64,000 bases of DNA, taken from contig JAVVEM010000011.1 of assembly GCA_032250805.1 (NCBI GenBank), positions 9,523 through 73,522 of the forward strand, written 5' to 3'. A program made the position numbers and the translations under genes. This stretch comes from Bacteroidales bacterium (lineage in GTDB: Bacteria; Bacteroidota; Bacteroidia; Bacteroidales; B18-G4). The notes beneath the pieces are model-generated. The model was not told the origin of the DNA and did not search any database. It saw nothing but the letters and a program-made list of their open reading frames with translations. Below are positions 39,131-49,545 of this stretch, piece by piece. Position 1 is the first letter of the stretch. Every line of letters starts with the position of its first letter.

Positions 39131-39934
39131 ATGGCTGATAAAAAGAACGCTAAACCTTCTAAATTATCCAACAGGGTTTACGAAGCTGAACTCCGTAAGC
39201 TGCAGATCGAATTGGTAAAATTGCAGGAATGGATCAGGCATAAAGGACTGAAAGTTGTGGTTGTTTTTGAGGGACGGGATGCTGCCGGCAAGGGTGGCAC
39301 GATCAAGCGAATCACCCAAACCCTGAACTCAAGAATATGCCGGGTTGTTGCCCTTGGCAATCCTACCGAAAAGGAAAAAACACAATGGTACTTTCAGCGG
39401 TATGTGCCCCACCTTCCGGCGGCCGGTGAAATGGTTCTTTTCGACCGCAGCTGGTACAACCGGGCCGGAGTTGAACGGGTGATGGGCTTTTGCAGCGACG
39501 ATGAATACTGGGAGTTCCTTCGTTCATGCCCGCACTTTGAACACATGATCATTCATTCAGGCATCATTATGATAAAATACTGGTTTTCGGTAAGTGCCGA
39601 AGAACAGGAAAAACGTTTCCGCTCACGGCTAAAGGATCCTACCCGCCGCTGGAAGATCAGCCCCGTCGATCTGGCCAGTATGAGCAAGTGGGTTGAATAT
39701 TCAAAAGCCAAGGATGAGATGTTTTTTTATACCGATACAAAGCACTCACCCTGGTGGGTAGTGGAAGCTGACGACAAAAAAAGGGCACGCCTGAATTGTA
39801 TACATCACCTGCTAAGCATGATCCCATACGAAAAACTCGACAGGGAAGACCTGGAGTTGCCCGAACGTGTGATCAGTAAAGGTTATGTGAGGCCTCCCAT
39901 TGAAGAGCAGACATTCGTGCCCGAGGTATACTGA
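39131..39934 (+). CDS. ppk2: Polyphosphate kinase 2
   Basis: EGRDAAGKGG, WYFQRY, FDRSWYNR, WKISPVD. TATATTTG promoter at 39103-39110 supports the start MADKK. Confidence 0.95.
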   Translation: MADKKNAKPSKLSNRVYEAELRKLQIELVKLQEWIRHKGLKVVVVFEGRDAAGKGGTIKRITQTLNSRICRVVALGNPTEKEKTQWYFQRYVPHLPAAGEMVLFDRSWYNRAGVERVMGFCSDDEYWEFLRSCPHFEHMIIHSGIIMIKYWFSVSAEEQEKRFRSRLKDPTRRWKISPVDLASMSKWVEYSKAKDEMFFYTDTKHSPWWVVEADDKKRARLNCIHHLLSMIPYEKLDREDLELPERVISKGYVRPPIEEQTFVPEVY

Positions 39935-39979
39935 GTTGGCTTGTAATATAGTCCGGACTTCCCGGCATCAGCCAGAACC

Positions 39980-41662
39980 CTAACGACAATTCTGTTCAAT
40001 TACCTGCGGAGCCACAACCGAGCCCAGACTATCGGCCTTATGCCAGTATTTGCAGGCTTCTTCTTTCATGCCGGCCACATAAAGCAGCCACGCTTTATTG
40101 TAATAGTTGTCGGCATAATCAGGATTAAGTTCGATGGCTTGATCAAAATCTTCCCGGGCCATCTCCCAGTATTTTTCATTATAGCGTTGCAGGGTGCCGT
40201 ATATCATTCCGCGGTTGCTGTATGCCAGCATATAGTCGGGGTTATATTTGATCACTGAGTCGTAATTGGCTACAGCCATGCGGTAGTAGGTAAAGGCATT
40301 TTTGATCATTCCTTCATCGGATGCTGTTTGTCCTTGTGTGTATTTATTTTCGGCAATGCCCTGTTGCACATTGCCATGATAAAAATGGGCCAGGGCTTTT
40401 CCAGGCCCGCTGGTGCTGAGATCCACTGCCCGCCCGAGAAGGATGTCGCTATCGATCCAGAATTTGGATTGCATATTGGAGATGTACATCAGAAATGCGC
40501 CATATAGGATCAGGATCGCTGTAAGCGAATGCCGTATGCTGTAATTGATATGTTTAGCCTGTAATAAGCGGTCGATCAGGATTCCTGCTACCAGAAATAA
40601 TCCTATATAGGAGAGATAAGCATAACGGTCGGCAGCTACAAATATCCGCGACCAGAACAGGGGCAGGACAGGTGCCACGGCAAAACTGAAAAATAGCAGT
40701 CCTGCAATGATCTTTTGTTGTTTGTTCCGGTAAAGGTAAATAAACCAGATAAGTGCCAGGGGGATGAAGGCACTCAGGTAGTAAATTACAGGGAGCCTGC
40801 CGCCAACAAGTTCGGGATACGCATAAATGCTGGAAAGCTTTATAGGGACTACAAATTTTATGAGGTAAAAAACATAGGTATGGCAAAGGATGAAAAAACG
40901 ATCTGGCAGGGAATAGTCATATTGCAGCGCGCTGATATGCCCGTAGGTTTGGGCTGCATCTACGGTGATATAGCCGAAAATGACCGAAAAAAGCAAAAAA
41001 GGCAGTTTTTCGAACAGTAAACTGCTGCTCCATTTCCTGTTTCTGTAATAATCGATCAGCAATAATATGAAAGGAAAGCTTATAGCCAGTGATTTGGTAA
41101 ACAGCGCCGCAAGGGCAAGAACCATGGTCAGCACTAACAAAAATACTTGCCTTTTTTCGATGTACCTGATATAAGTAATCAAACCACCAATATAAAAGGC
41201 AGTGAAAAGCAGCGTACTTCGTGCCGAAATCCAGGCTACCGGTTCAACATTCATAGGGTGCACGGCAAATAGAAAGGCGCCAATACCCGCGATAAAGCGC
41301 TTTCGGGTGAGCCTGAGCAGGAATATCCAAATCAGGAAAATGTTTATGATATGCAGGAAAAGGTTGGTGGCATGATATGCTACGGGCGATTCCTCTGCTG
41401 CAGCATAATTCATTGCAATGCTGAGCACGGCCAGCGGCTGGTACATGCCAAGATGGTAATCGGAAAAAATGTTGCCCGCGTTAAATTCCTGCACATCCTT
41501 GTTGGACAGGTATTCGGTGTCGTCCCATCCCAACAGGAATCCGTTGTTCAGGCTGGGGTTGAAGATCAGCAGTGCAGCAAGCATGATGAGCCCGGGCACG
41601 ACGTATTGCAGGTAATTCCTGCTATTCTTTTCCTGTATCTTTTGCTTTTTTTTCAAAATCAA
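39980..41662 (-). CDS. TMTC-like GT-C membrane protein with C-terminal TPRs
   Basis: GWDDTEY, YQPL, YHATNLFLH, HPMNVEPVAWISAR, ADRYAY, TPR motifs (AYSNRG, NYYNKA). Start trimmed to TTG just after the galM stop; exact start uncertain. Confidence 0.75.
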   Translation of the reverse strand: MILKKKQKIQEKNSRNYLQYVVPGLIMLAALLIFNPSLNNGFLLGWDDTEYLSNKDVQEFNAGNIFSDYHLGMYQPLAVLSIAMNYAAAEESPVAYHATNLFLHIINIFLIWIFLLRLTRKRFIAGIGAFLFAVHPMNVEPVAWISARSTLLFTAFYIGGLITYIRYIEKRQVFLLVLTMVLALAALFTKSLAISFPFILLLIDYYRNRKWSSSLLFEKLPFLLFSVIFGYITVDAAQTYGHISALQYDYSLPDRFFILCHTYVFYLIKFVVPIKLSSIYAYPELVGGRLPVIYYLSAFIPLALIWFIYLYRNKQQKIIAGLLFFSFAVAPVLPLFWSRIFVAADRYAYLSYIGLFLVAGILIDRLLQAKHINYSIRHSLTAILILYGAFLMYISNMQSKFWIDSDILLGRAVDLSTSGPGKALAHFYHGNVQQGIAENKYTQGQTASDEGMIKNAFTYYRMAVANYDSVIKYNPDYMLAYSNRGMIYGTLQRYNEKYWEMAREDFDQAIELNPDYADNYYNKAWLLYVAGMKEEACKYWHKADSLGSVVAPQVIEQNCR

Positions 41663-41663
41663 T

Positions 41664-42791
41664 TTATTTGCTCGAAAATTTATAGATCGTTGTATAGCTG
41701 TATTCTTCACCCGGTCGTAGGATGGTATTCGGAAAGGCATCTTGATTGGGTGAATCGGGGAAATGCTGTGTTTCCAGGCAAAACCCATGATGTTTGTGAT
41801 ATACAATGCCGTTTTTGCCTGTCAGGCTGCCGTCGAGAAAGTTGCCCGAATAAAACTGTATGCCCGGCTCGCTTGTATACACTTCCATGAAACGCCCTGA
41901 CGAAGGATGATAAACTTCTGCCACTTTTAGCAGTTCACCCCTGTTGTTCAGCACATAGGTATGGTCGTAACCGCCTTCTACCTCATCAATACGCTCACCG
42001 ATGGCTGTGGGAGTGCGGAAATCCATTGGTGAATTATCCAGTCCTACGAGGTTTCCGGTTGGAATAAGTGTTTCGTCGACAGCAACATATTTATCGGCAT
42101 CGATCATCAGGATATGGTCAAGCGCATTTTGCGCTGAGCCGCTGAGATTGAAATATGAATGATGCGTTAAGTTGATGGGTGTAGCCTTGTCGGTTGTGGC
42201 AAAATACCGGATTTTTAGCTCATTGTCGTTGTTCAGGATATAGCTTACCCTGGCCTTGAGGTTACCCGGGTAGCCTTCTTCCATATCAGGACTATTATAG
42301 ATTAGTATCAAAGCTGCGCTGTCGTTGTTTTCAATGGTTTCAGCATCCCATACTACCTTATCGAAGCCCCTCAGGCCCCCATGCAAATGGTTGGGGCCAT
42401 TGTTGGTAGCAAGGGTATATTCTTCGCCATCAATGCTGAATTTACCTTTGGCGATGCGATTACCGTAGCGGCCCACAATACTGCCAAAATAGGGATGACC
42501 GTCGAGATATGACTGCAAACTGTCGAAACCCAGCACAACATCGGCAAGCTTTCCTTCTTTGTCGGGGACCAACAGAGAAGTAACGATCCCGCCGTAATTG
42601 GTGATCCTTACTGTCATTCCGTTACTGTTTGAAAGCGTGAACAGATATACTTCTGTTGTATCAAGCTGTCCGAAAATTTCTTTCGTGATCTTCATGGATT
42701 TTTCTGTTGATTGTTCATTCATCCTTTGCATACATCCGGTCAGGAGGATGATCAGGGTGATGGCAGGAATTAATTTGATGAAGCTTTTCAT
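41664..42791 (-). CDS. galM: Aldose 1-epimerase (mutarotase) with lipoprotein signal
   Basis: GRYGNRI, NHLHGG, NLTHHSYFNL, GYDH, CLETQHFPD; lipobox LTGC. Confidence 0.93.
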   Translation of the reverse strand: MKSFIKLIPAITLIILLTGCMQRMNEQSTEKSMKITKEIFGQLDTTEVYLFTLSNSNGMTVRITNYGGIVTSLLVPDKEGKLADVVLGFDSLQSYLDGHPYFGSIVGRYGNRIAKGKFSIDGEEYTLATNNGPNHLHGGLRGFDKVVWDAETIENNDSAALILIYNSPDMEEGYPGNLKARVSYILNNDNELKIRYFATTDKATPINLTHHSYFNLSGSAQNALDHILMIDADKYVAVDETLIPTGNLVGLDNSPMDFRTPTAIGERIDEVEGGYDHTYVLNNRGELLKVAEVYHPSSGRFMEVYTSEPGIQFYSGNFLDGSLTGKNGIVYHKHHGFCLETQHFPDSPNQDAFPNTILRPGEEYSYTTIYKFSSK

Positions 42792-42948
42792 GAGCCATTT
42801 GATTTGGTGAGCATCAAAAATACAAAAATATAAGTTTTTGGATTTGGTTGAAATGCTTTGGATATTCTCTGTGTATTGGAAGTGCAGTCAGCAATTGCGA
42901 TCTGCTATAAATCTGATAATTATAATACTTCAGGCTGATCCTGGCTCA

Positions 42949-44418
42949 TTACTCAGGCCTGTATTCATAAGCGCCAATATCGGGCAAACTGATGCGGCTG
43001 ATGCCGAGTATATCCTTGTCGATAATGGTGGACAGGGGCGAGGAGTTGATCACATTGATATCGCCCTGGTCGATACCCGGTGAGAGGGTGTCGAGGGCAA
43101 GATTATTTTTATCGCGGTCGACGAAGACAGGTTCCTGGTTTTTGATGCTACCCGGGAAGAGGTTTTCGTCGCCAATATTCATTGCAGTGCTCAGCAGGCA
43201 GTGGTCGAAGGTATAGATAAAGTCGCCGGCACCATCCGAATCCAGGTAGATCTCTTCCTGCCTGTTGCCATAAATGATGCTATTGCCGAAATATGCATCG
43301 GTATTGTACACAAACAATACGTCGTTGGGATCGAGGTAATAATTGGTTATGGCCAGGTTGGGATCCTGCCTTACGGCCTCCCTGAAATAGTTTGCAAATG
43401 TGCAATGGCGGAAGTCGTAAATGCCGCCCTGTAACAGAAGCCCGATCTGTCCGCAATTTGCCACAACATTGTTTACCCCTGTAATAGCATAATAGCGGCC
43501 CAAAATACCGATGCCGCTCATGTTTTCGATAATGGTATTGGTTAGGATGAGCTGATTGCCCATGGGCTCCTGCAGTGTTTCCGCCTGCAGCCCGATGAAC
43601 CCATTGCGTATCACTGCATAATTGATCTCATTGTTCACGCTACCCTCGTTCAGCCATATCCTGTCCCATTGCCCGGGCAGGTCACGAAAATAGGGCTCCA
43701 ACCTGTCCTGCTGAAATATTACCGGATCTTCCTGTGTGCCCATAACCTTGATGCTACCGCCTTTATATACCCACAATCCCGACTGGTTATGGAAATGGAT
43801 CTTCGCGCCAGCTTCAATGCTCAGGCTGCCGGTTGAGTCAACTACGGCATAACCATAAACGAGGTAAGGTTTATCGGCCGGCCAGCTCACCGAACTGTCT
43901 TCCGGGGCAACGATCTTGTATTTGAGGTTGCCAAGGTTCTTATCGGCAATGATATAATGCGCATCCTGCCCCCAGGCAGCAAGCACCACGCTTTGTTCAT
44001 TGCCATTGGTGATGAATGATATCTGATCGGAAACAACAAAAGGGGTTAAGGCTGAAGTTGGGTCGATGCTCACACGCACAAAGATGAATAAGCTGTCGTT
44101 GCCGGCAATCTCGATATCGTGCTCCTGGACAGCGGGATTACCGTCGATATTGATCCTGTAGCTTGAGCTTTCGCCACCCATCAGCCTGATACTTGAGATA
44201 TTAAGCGCCTTGTCGTGCCTGTTGTAAACTTTCAGGTTTCGTGTAATGGAACCAATTGTGGTGAACACCGTATCGAAGATGATGGAATCAGCAGAAAAAC
44301 TGAGCTTCAGCGAAGGATTGTCATCAACTTCCATCTCCTTACGGCAGGACGATAAGGCCAGGCCCGTCAAAACGATGGCGAACAGTAAAATTTTTGTATA
44401 TTTCAGAAACATGTTCAT
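42949..44418 (-). CDS. Hypothetical lipoprotein, beta-helix-like, C-terminal SPGID...PDIGAYE motif
   Basis: Lipobox LSSC, FSADSIIFDTVFT, GQWDRIW, PDIGAYE. Confidence 0.65.
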   Translation of the reverse strand: MNMFLKYTKILLFAIVLTGLALSSCRKEMEVDDNPSLKLSFSADSIIFDTVFTTIGSITRNLKVYNRHDKALNISSIRLMGGESSSYRINIDGNPAVQEHDIEIAGNDSLFIFVRVSIDPTSALTPFVVSDQISFITNGNEQSVVLAAWGQDAHYIIADKNLGNLKYKIVAPEDSSVSWPADKPYLVYGYAVVDSTGSLSIEAGAKIHFHNQSGLWVYKGGSIKVMGTQEDPVIFQQDRLEPYFRDLPGQWDRIWLNEGSVNNEINYAVIRNGFIGLQAETLQEPMGNQLILTNTIIENMSGIGILGRYYAITGVNNVVANCGQIGLLLQGGIYDFRHCTFANYFREAVRQDPNLAITNYYLDPNDVLFVYNTDAYFGNSIIYGNRQEEIYLDSDGAGDFIYTFDHCLLSTAMNIGDENLFPGSIKNQEPVFVDRDKNNLALDTLSPGIDQGDINVINSSPLSTIIDKDILGISRISLPDIGAYEYRPE

Positions 44419-44598
44419 CTTCGCAACAAAGGTAGTACATTCTTATGAATGAAATCCTTCCGGCCCGGTCATAACGGTCACTATCATAATTTTCTGCATT
44501 AGCAATACGTTATTATTATGAGAATATTGTTTGAGATCAGGCTTTCGAATATTCTCCGAATCCCTTATCTTTGCTCTTTCACTTATTCTGATTACAGT

Positions 44599-45180
44599 AT
44601 GCTTAAACATAAATTCACCATTCTTATTATCCTCCTGCTGCTCGTTGGATCCATACAACCAACATATGCGCAATTCGGTCAACCTTCGTCCCAAACGAAG
44701 AACGACTTCAGTATACAGAACAGATTTTATGTAGGGGGAGGGCTCGGATTTGGCATCTCGTCATATGGTACCAACCTGATGATTGCACCCCTGGTGGGAT
44801 ACCGCTTATCGCCAAGTTTTGATATCGGGCTCCGCTTTACCTATAACTACTACCGGTATAACGATAGTTATTTTAAATATACGACAAATAATTACGGAGC
44901 AGGTGTTTTCGGCCGCTATTACCTTTTTTTCTTTAACGACCTGTTTCTTCACGCCGAGTACGAAGCGCTGAACTACGATCAGTTCATCTATTTGGGCCCG
45001 AACAATGAATTGGAAAAAGAACGTTCATGGGTGTCGAGCGTCTTTATCGGCGCTGGCTACCGCCAATGGATCAGCAGTCGCGCCTTTGTTGGCATTACGG
45101 TTTTGTGGAACCTGCTCGACGATATCAACTCACCATACAGTAATCCTATTTTCAGGATAGGAGTAGGAGTAGGTATTTAG
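44599..45180 (+). CDS. Hypothetical outer-membrane beta-barrel protein
   Basis: Signal peptide from MLKHKF, GGGLGFG, amphipathic strands, C-terminal RIGVGVGI; TATCTTTG promoter at 44566-44573. Confidence 0.65.
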   Translation: MLKHKFTILIILLLLVGSIQPTYAQFGQPSSQTKNDFSIQNRFYVGGGLGFGISSYGTNLMIAPLVGYRLSPSFDIGLRFTYNYYRYNDSYFKYTTNNYGAGVFGRYYLFFFNDLFLHAEYEALNYDQFIYLGPNNELEKERSWVSSVFIGAGYRQWISSRAFVGITVLWNLLDDINSPYSNPIFRIGVGVGI

Positions 45181-45238
45181 AAAGTGTCTGCTGCCTGACA
45201 AGATACGTCTTCCCGATAATACTCCTCATCAGGTCAAT

Positions 45239-46699
45239 TTATTCGGCGGGTATTCTTTTTAATATCTCCAGGGTCATATCCCAGAACTTTTCAACGGTTT
45301 TAATGTTGATCCGTTCGTCGGGGCTGTGGGCACCCTTGATTGTAGGACCATATGATACCATATCCATGTCGGGATATTTGTCGCCGATAAGTCCGCATTC
45401 CAGTCCGGCGTGGATCGCAAGCACTTCAGGTTCCGTCGCAAACAGGTCTTCATAGACCTTTGCCGTAATATCAACGATCTCAGAATCCGGGTTTGGTGTC
45501 CATCCGGGATATCCGTCGGTATGCATGGTTTTTGCCCCCGCAAGCCGGAATGTGCTGGCCACCATGGCGCAGATGTCGTTCTTGGACGACTCAACTGACG
45601 ATCGCTGGCTGGTGGTGATAAGGATATGCTTATCCTTGAATTTTACCGAAGCAAGGTTCGTTGAAGTTTCCACAAAATTCTCAATATCCTGCGACCAGGC
45701 GATCACGCCGTGTGGGCAGGCATATACGGCATTCAGAAGTTTGTTCTGGGTGTTTATATCAATGATGAAGGCAGGTGTATCGGTTTGTTCACAGGCTAAA
45801 GTAAGCCCTGGCTCAGTGGCTTTCAGTTCGGCTTTTACCGTATCATTGAATTTGCCGGCAAAACGTTCAAAATTACCTGCCTGGCCTTCGGGGATCATGG
45901 CAACGGCAAAACCTTCGCGGGCAATTGCATTGCGGAGGTTTCCGGCATTAAACTCCGACAGGAGCAGGCCGTATTCCTTTGACGCATTCCACAAAAACCT
46001 GTTAAGGATCTTGTTGGCATTGCCGTATCCTTTCTGGATGTCGTCGCCCGAATGACCACCACGCAGCCCGGTAACTGATATTTTATATGCTTTGTATCCG
46101 GCCGGTACATCTTCTTTTGAATAGGGAAGCTCAGCAACAGTATCTCTGCCGCCGGCGCAGCCAATAAATATCTGGCCGTCGTCTTCCGAGTCGAGGTTGA
46201 GCAGGATGCGGCTTTGCAGTATTTCAGGATCAAGGCCGAAGGCACCTGTAAGGCCTGTTTCCTCATCAACAGTGATCAGGCATTCGATCGGGCCGTGTTC
46301 AATATCATCAGCTTCCAGTATGGCCAGCTGGGCGGCAATGCCAATGCCGTCGTCGGCACCGAGGGTGGTGCCTTTGGCCGTAACCCATCCATCTTCGATA
46401 AAGGCTTCAATGGGGTCAGTGTCGAAATCGTGTACGGTATCTGCATTTTTTTCGCATACCATGTCCATATGGCTTTGTAAAACTACAGATTTTACATTTT
46501 CCTTGCCTGCCGAGGCCGGTTTGCGTATGATCACGTTACCAATATCGTCGCGGAGGGTTTCCAATCCGTGCTCCTTGCCAAACGCCATCAGGTAAGCGGC
46601 AATATTTTCTTCCTTTTTCGATGGCCTGGGGATCTTCAGGATTTCGCCAAAGTAGTGCCACAGGCGTTCAGGTTTGAGGGTATATATTTCTTCGTTCAT
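45239..46699 (-). CDS. pepD: Aminoacyl-histidine dipeptidase (M20C)
   Basis: QSHMDMV, TTLGADDGIG, DEETG, NLDSE, GGHSG, IHAGLECG, HSPDE. Confidence 0.95.
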   Translation of the reverse strand: MNEEIYTLKPERLWHYFGEILKIPRPSKKEENIAAYLMAFGKEHGLETLRDDIGNVIIRKPASAGKENVKSVVLQSHMDMVCEKNADTVHDFDTDPIEAFIEDGWVTAKGTTLGADDGIGIAAQLAILEADDIEHGPIECLITVDEETGLTGAFGLDPEILQSRILLNLDSEDDGQIFIGCAGGRDTVAELPYSKEDVPAGYKAYKISVTGLRGGHSGDDIQKGYGNANKILNRFLWNASKEYGLLLSEFNAGNLRNAIAREGFAVAMIPEGQAGNFERFAGKFNDTVKAELKATEPGLTLACEQTDTPAFIIDINTQNKLLNAVYACPHGVIAWSQDIENFVETSTNLASVKFKDKHILITTSQRSSVESSKNDICAMVASTFRLAGAKTMHTDGYPGWTPNPDSEIVDITAKVYEDLFATEPEVLAIHAGLECGLIGDKYPDMDMVSYGPTIKGAHSPDERINIKTVEKFWDMTLEILKRIPAE

Positions 46700-46792
46700 G
46701 ATATGTTGATTTTTTGCAAATGTATTATTTTATTTTATCCGGCTTATGCAAATAGCTGAGAAATATGGCTCATGCGAAGATTTATGTCATGA

Positions 46793-48214
46793 TCATCCGG
46801 CCCGGGCCAGCTCTTTTATCAGGCCTCTGAAAACAATGCCGTGAAACGGATATACAAGAACCCAGTATAGCCTTCCGAATAAACCCCTGGGCCTGAAAGT
46901 GGCGGTCTGAATAAGCGTATTGCCGGTAAGCCTGAATTCGAGCCATGCCTCCCCGTGGAGTTTCATTTCGGCAAAAAGAAGCAGCCTTCCTTCTTGCTTA
47001 TCACAGTATAAAACACGCCAGAAATCTATGGCATCGCCGGGGTGTACACTGTCGGGATTGGTCCGGCCACGATTCAGCCCCACGCCACCGGCCATTTGGT
47101 CGATAAACCCCCTGATCTGCCAGAGCCAGTTGGCATAATACCAACCCCTTTCGCCTCCGATATTCCATATTTTGCTGATGGTGTTATCACGGTTTTGTAC
47201 TGTACGTTCGCGTTTGTCGATAAAACAACCATATTTTGGAACATTCAGGAAATCAGATATCTGTATGTTTATGCGGCCACTGACAAGTGAGTCTTTCCAA
47301 CTCGAAACCACTTCATTTTGCTCGATCCTAATGAAAGAGCGTTCCAATGCATGCAGGTATGTCATAGGTTTAATATCCAGAATATCATTGATCCTGGTAT
47401 CACGGCAAACAACATTTACCTTCATGCTGTCGACAAGGGCTACCGCCAGATTATAAGAGGTTGCGGTAACAAAATACAACCAGTACGACGATAATCGTGG
47501 CGTCATTACCGGAACAGTGATTACTAGCCGTTTTAGCTTACGCACCCTGGCATAACCAAGAAGCATTTCCTTATAGGTAAGAATATCAGGTCCCCCGATA
47601 TCAAAATCCTGGTTATAGGTATCAGCGTTGAACAGTGCTTTTGTGAGAAACTGGATAACATTTTTTATGGCTATGGGCTGGCATTTGGTATTGAGCCATT
47701 TTGGAGCAACCATAAGGGGCAATTTTTCAACAAGGTCGCGGACGATCTCAAAGGATGCGCTTCCGGAGCCAATAATGATTCCTGCACGCAGAGCAGTAAA
47801 GTTGTAACTTCCTTTGATAAGCTCATTTTCAACATTTTTTCTTGAGGTCAGATGGTCTGATAAATGATCTTCATTGATAATTCCTGTGAGATAAACCACA
47901 TGATCGACCTTTGTTTTTTCTACTGCCTCCCTGAAATTAATGGCAGAGCGTTTTTCCAGTTCCTGATAATTTTTTGATGAAGACATGGAATGAAGCAGGT
48001 AATAGGCTCCATCGATATCACCTGGAATAACTTTCAGGCTTTCTTCCTCAAGGAAATCAACTTCGATGATGTCGATATGGGGAAGCAGAGAGGAGGGAGG
48101 TGAAAAACGCTTTTTATCCCTTACGCAACATATCACATGATGCCCTTTCTGCACGAGGACGGGTAGGATTCTTTTACCAATATATCCGGTTGCCCCGGTC
48201 AGAAGGATTTTCAT
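46793..48214 (-). CDS. Atypical SDR with C-terminal DUF2867-like domain (YbjT-like)
   Basis: TGATGYIG, YYLLHSM, GSGSASFE, IGGERGW, DFWRV, AEMKLHGEAWLEF, GRLYW. Confidence 0.85.
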   Translation of the reverse strand: MKILLTGATGYIGKRILPVLVQKGHHVICCVRDKKRFSPPSSLLPHIDIIEVDFLEEESLKVIPGDIDGAYYLLHSMSSSKNYQELEKRSAINFREAVEKTKVDHVVYLTGIINEDHLSDHLTSRKNVENELIKGSYNFTALRAGIIIGSGSASFEIVRDLVEKLPLMVAPKWLNTKCQPIAIKNVIQFLTKALFNADTYNQDFDIGGPDILTYKEMLLGYARVRKLKRLVITVPVMTPRLSSYWLYFVTATSYNLAVALVDSMKVNVVCRDTRINDILDIKPMTYLHALERSFIRIEQNEVVSSWKDSLVSGRINIQISDFLNVPKYGCFIDKRERTVQNRDNTISKIWNIGGERGWYYANWLWQIRGFIDQMAGGVGLNRGRTNPDSVHPGDAIDFWRVLYCDKQEGRLLLFAEMKLHGEAWLEFRLTGNTLIQTATFRPRGLFGRLYWVLVYPFHGIVFRGLIKELARAG

Positions 48215-48352
48215 ATTTTTATTTCAGTGATCAGCATTATGTTCATTTATTGCCGGCATATGCCTGTTTTAGGGCTTTCCTTGAAGTGCTTTGTAACATA
48301 ACATTCTGACTGGCGATTGGTTCGATAAATAATTGCATAAAACAGATTGAGG

Positions 48353-48781
48353 CTAAAATTTGTTTTTGTATCTGTTGTATGAATACTCAAGCAGTATTCT
48401 ATCTACTTCACTACCATGGCCGGGCAAAAAAATGTTGCAGCCTGTTTCAAGAAGTTTATGCCAGCTTTTAACCATCAGGGCACGGTCATTGGCAAAGGGC
48501 GGCATCACAGAGCGCCTGGAAATACCAAAAAGGGCATCCCCGACAATGGCAATTTCATTGTCGACGATCACGCTCAGGGAGTCGGCGGTAAGAATGAGAG
48601 CAGAGAGTTTTTCATCATTAATTATTGTTTTGAAGTTTTTTATGAGTTTCTCCCTTACGTTACTCCTTCCGGTGTCGATAAGGTAAAATGCGCCTCCGCT
48701 ATTGATCATGTAGACGTTGGCACGACCTGAAAGTATGCGGTATACATAGCATCCTTTTGATGACTTCCAATGTTTTATCAT
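48353..48781 (-). pseudogene. MBL-fold hydrolase with in-frame internal deletion
   Basis: Retains LIDTG, IVGDA and PGHG, but LILT runs directly into ADSLSV; HxHxDH and the GH motif are missing; only 142 aa. Confidence 0.7.
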
Positions 48782-48828
48782 GATGATATATTTAAGGTCC
48801 TGAGCTACTCGCGAAGGATCGAAACCTG

Positions 48829-49485
48829 CTAAATCTTAATGTTTTTCATCTTGCTGATGGTTTCCTCAGGATTGTCGGAGGCAAAGATGGAATTGCCGGC
48901 AACAAGCACCTCTGCACCGCTGCGGATAAGCTCAATGGCATTGGCGGGATTTACCCCTCCATCCACTTCAATCAGAGCTTTTGATTTGGTGCGGAGGATA
49001 AGTTCCCTGAGGCGGCTGATTTTGTCCAGGGTGTTCCGGATAAATTTTTGTCCGCCAAAACCCGGGTTTACCGACATCAGCAAAACCATGTCAACATCTG
49101 CCAGGATATCTTCCAGGACAAAAACGCTGGTATGCGGGTTGAGTACAACGCCGGCTTTCAGTCCGAGCGATTTAATGCTTTGAATGCTGCGGTGGAGGTG
49201 TGTACATGCCTCATACTGAACGCTGATGATATCGGCCCCGGCTTCTTTAAAACGATCAAGATAACGATCGGGATCGACAATCATCAGGTGCACATCCAGG
49301 GGCTTTTGTGCATATTCCTTTATCGTTCTGATGACAGGAAAACCAAATGAAATATTGGGTACAAATACACCATCCATCACATCAACATGAAACCAGTCGG
49401 CTTCGCTGCGATTGATCATTTCTATGTCTTTGGCCAGATGCGCAAAGTTTGCTGATAAAAGTGATGGTGCGATCAGATGTGCCAT
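48829..49485 (-). CDS. rpe: Ribulose-phosphate 3-epimerase
   Basis: IAPSLL, HVDVMDG.FVPN, DVHLM, MSVNPGFGGQ, EVDGG. Confidence 0.96.
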   Translation of the reverse strand: MAHLIAPSLLSANFAHLAKDIEMINRSEADWFHVDVMDGVFVPNISFGFPVIRTIKEYAQKPLDVHLMIVDPDRYLDRFKEAGADIISVQYEACTHLHRSIQSIKSLGLKAGVVLNPHTSVFVLEDILADVDMVLLMSVNPGFGGQKFIRNTLDKISRLRELILRTKSKALIEVDGGVNPANAIELIRSGAEVLVAGNSIFASDNPEETISKMKNIKI

Positions 49486-49517
49486 GGTTTTTTTTGTAAA
49501 AATAAACATTCTTGCAT

Positions 49518-49543
49518 AAAAAAAGCGGGCATAACCCGCTTTT
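49518..49543 (-). terminator. Intrinsic terminator after rpoD
   Basis: AAAAGCGGG-TTATG-CCCGCTTTT followed by further Ts on the minus strand, just after the stop at 49546. Confidence 0.8.
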
Positions 49544-49545
49544 CC

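Noticed and set aside
5245-39934. Glycogen locus plus PiT/Ppk2 cluster as a linked polyphosphate-accumulation system
   Set aside because: Separated by about 17 kb of unrelated housekeeping genes; both are common in Bacteroidota.
41664-41806. 143-nt overlap between the TMTC-like ORF and galM
   Set aside because: Artefact of the longest-ORF start call; a TTG start just after the galM stop removes it.
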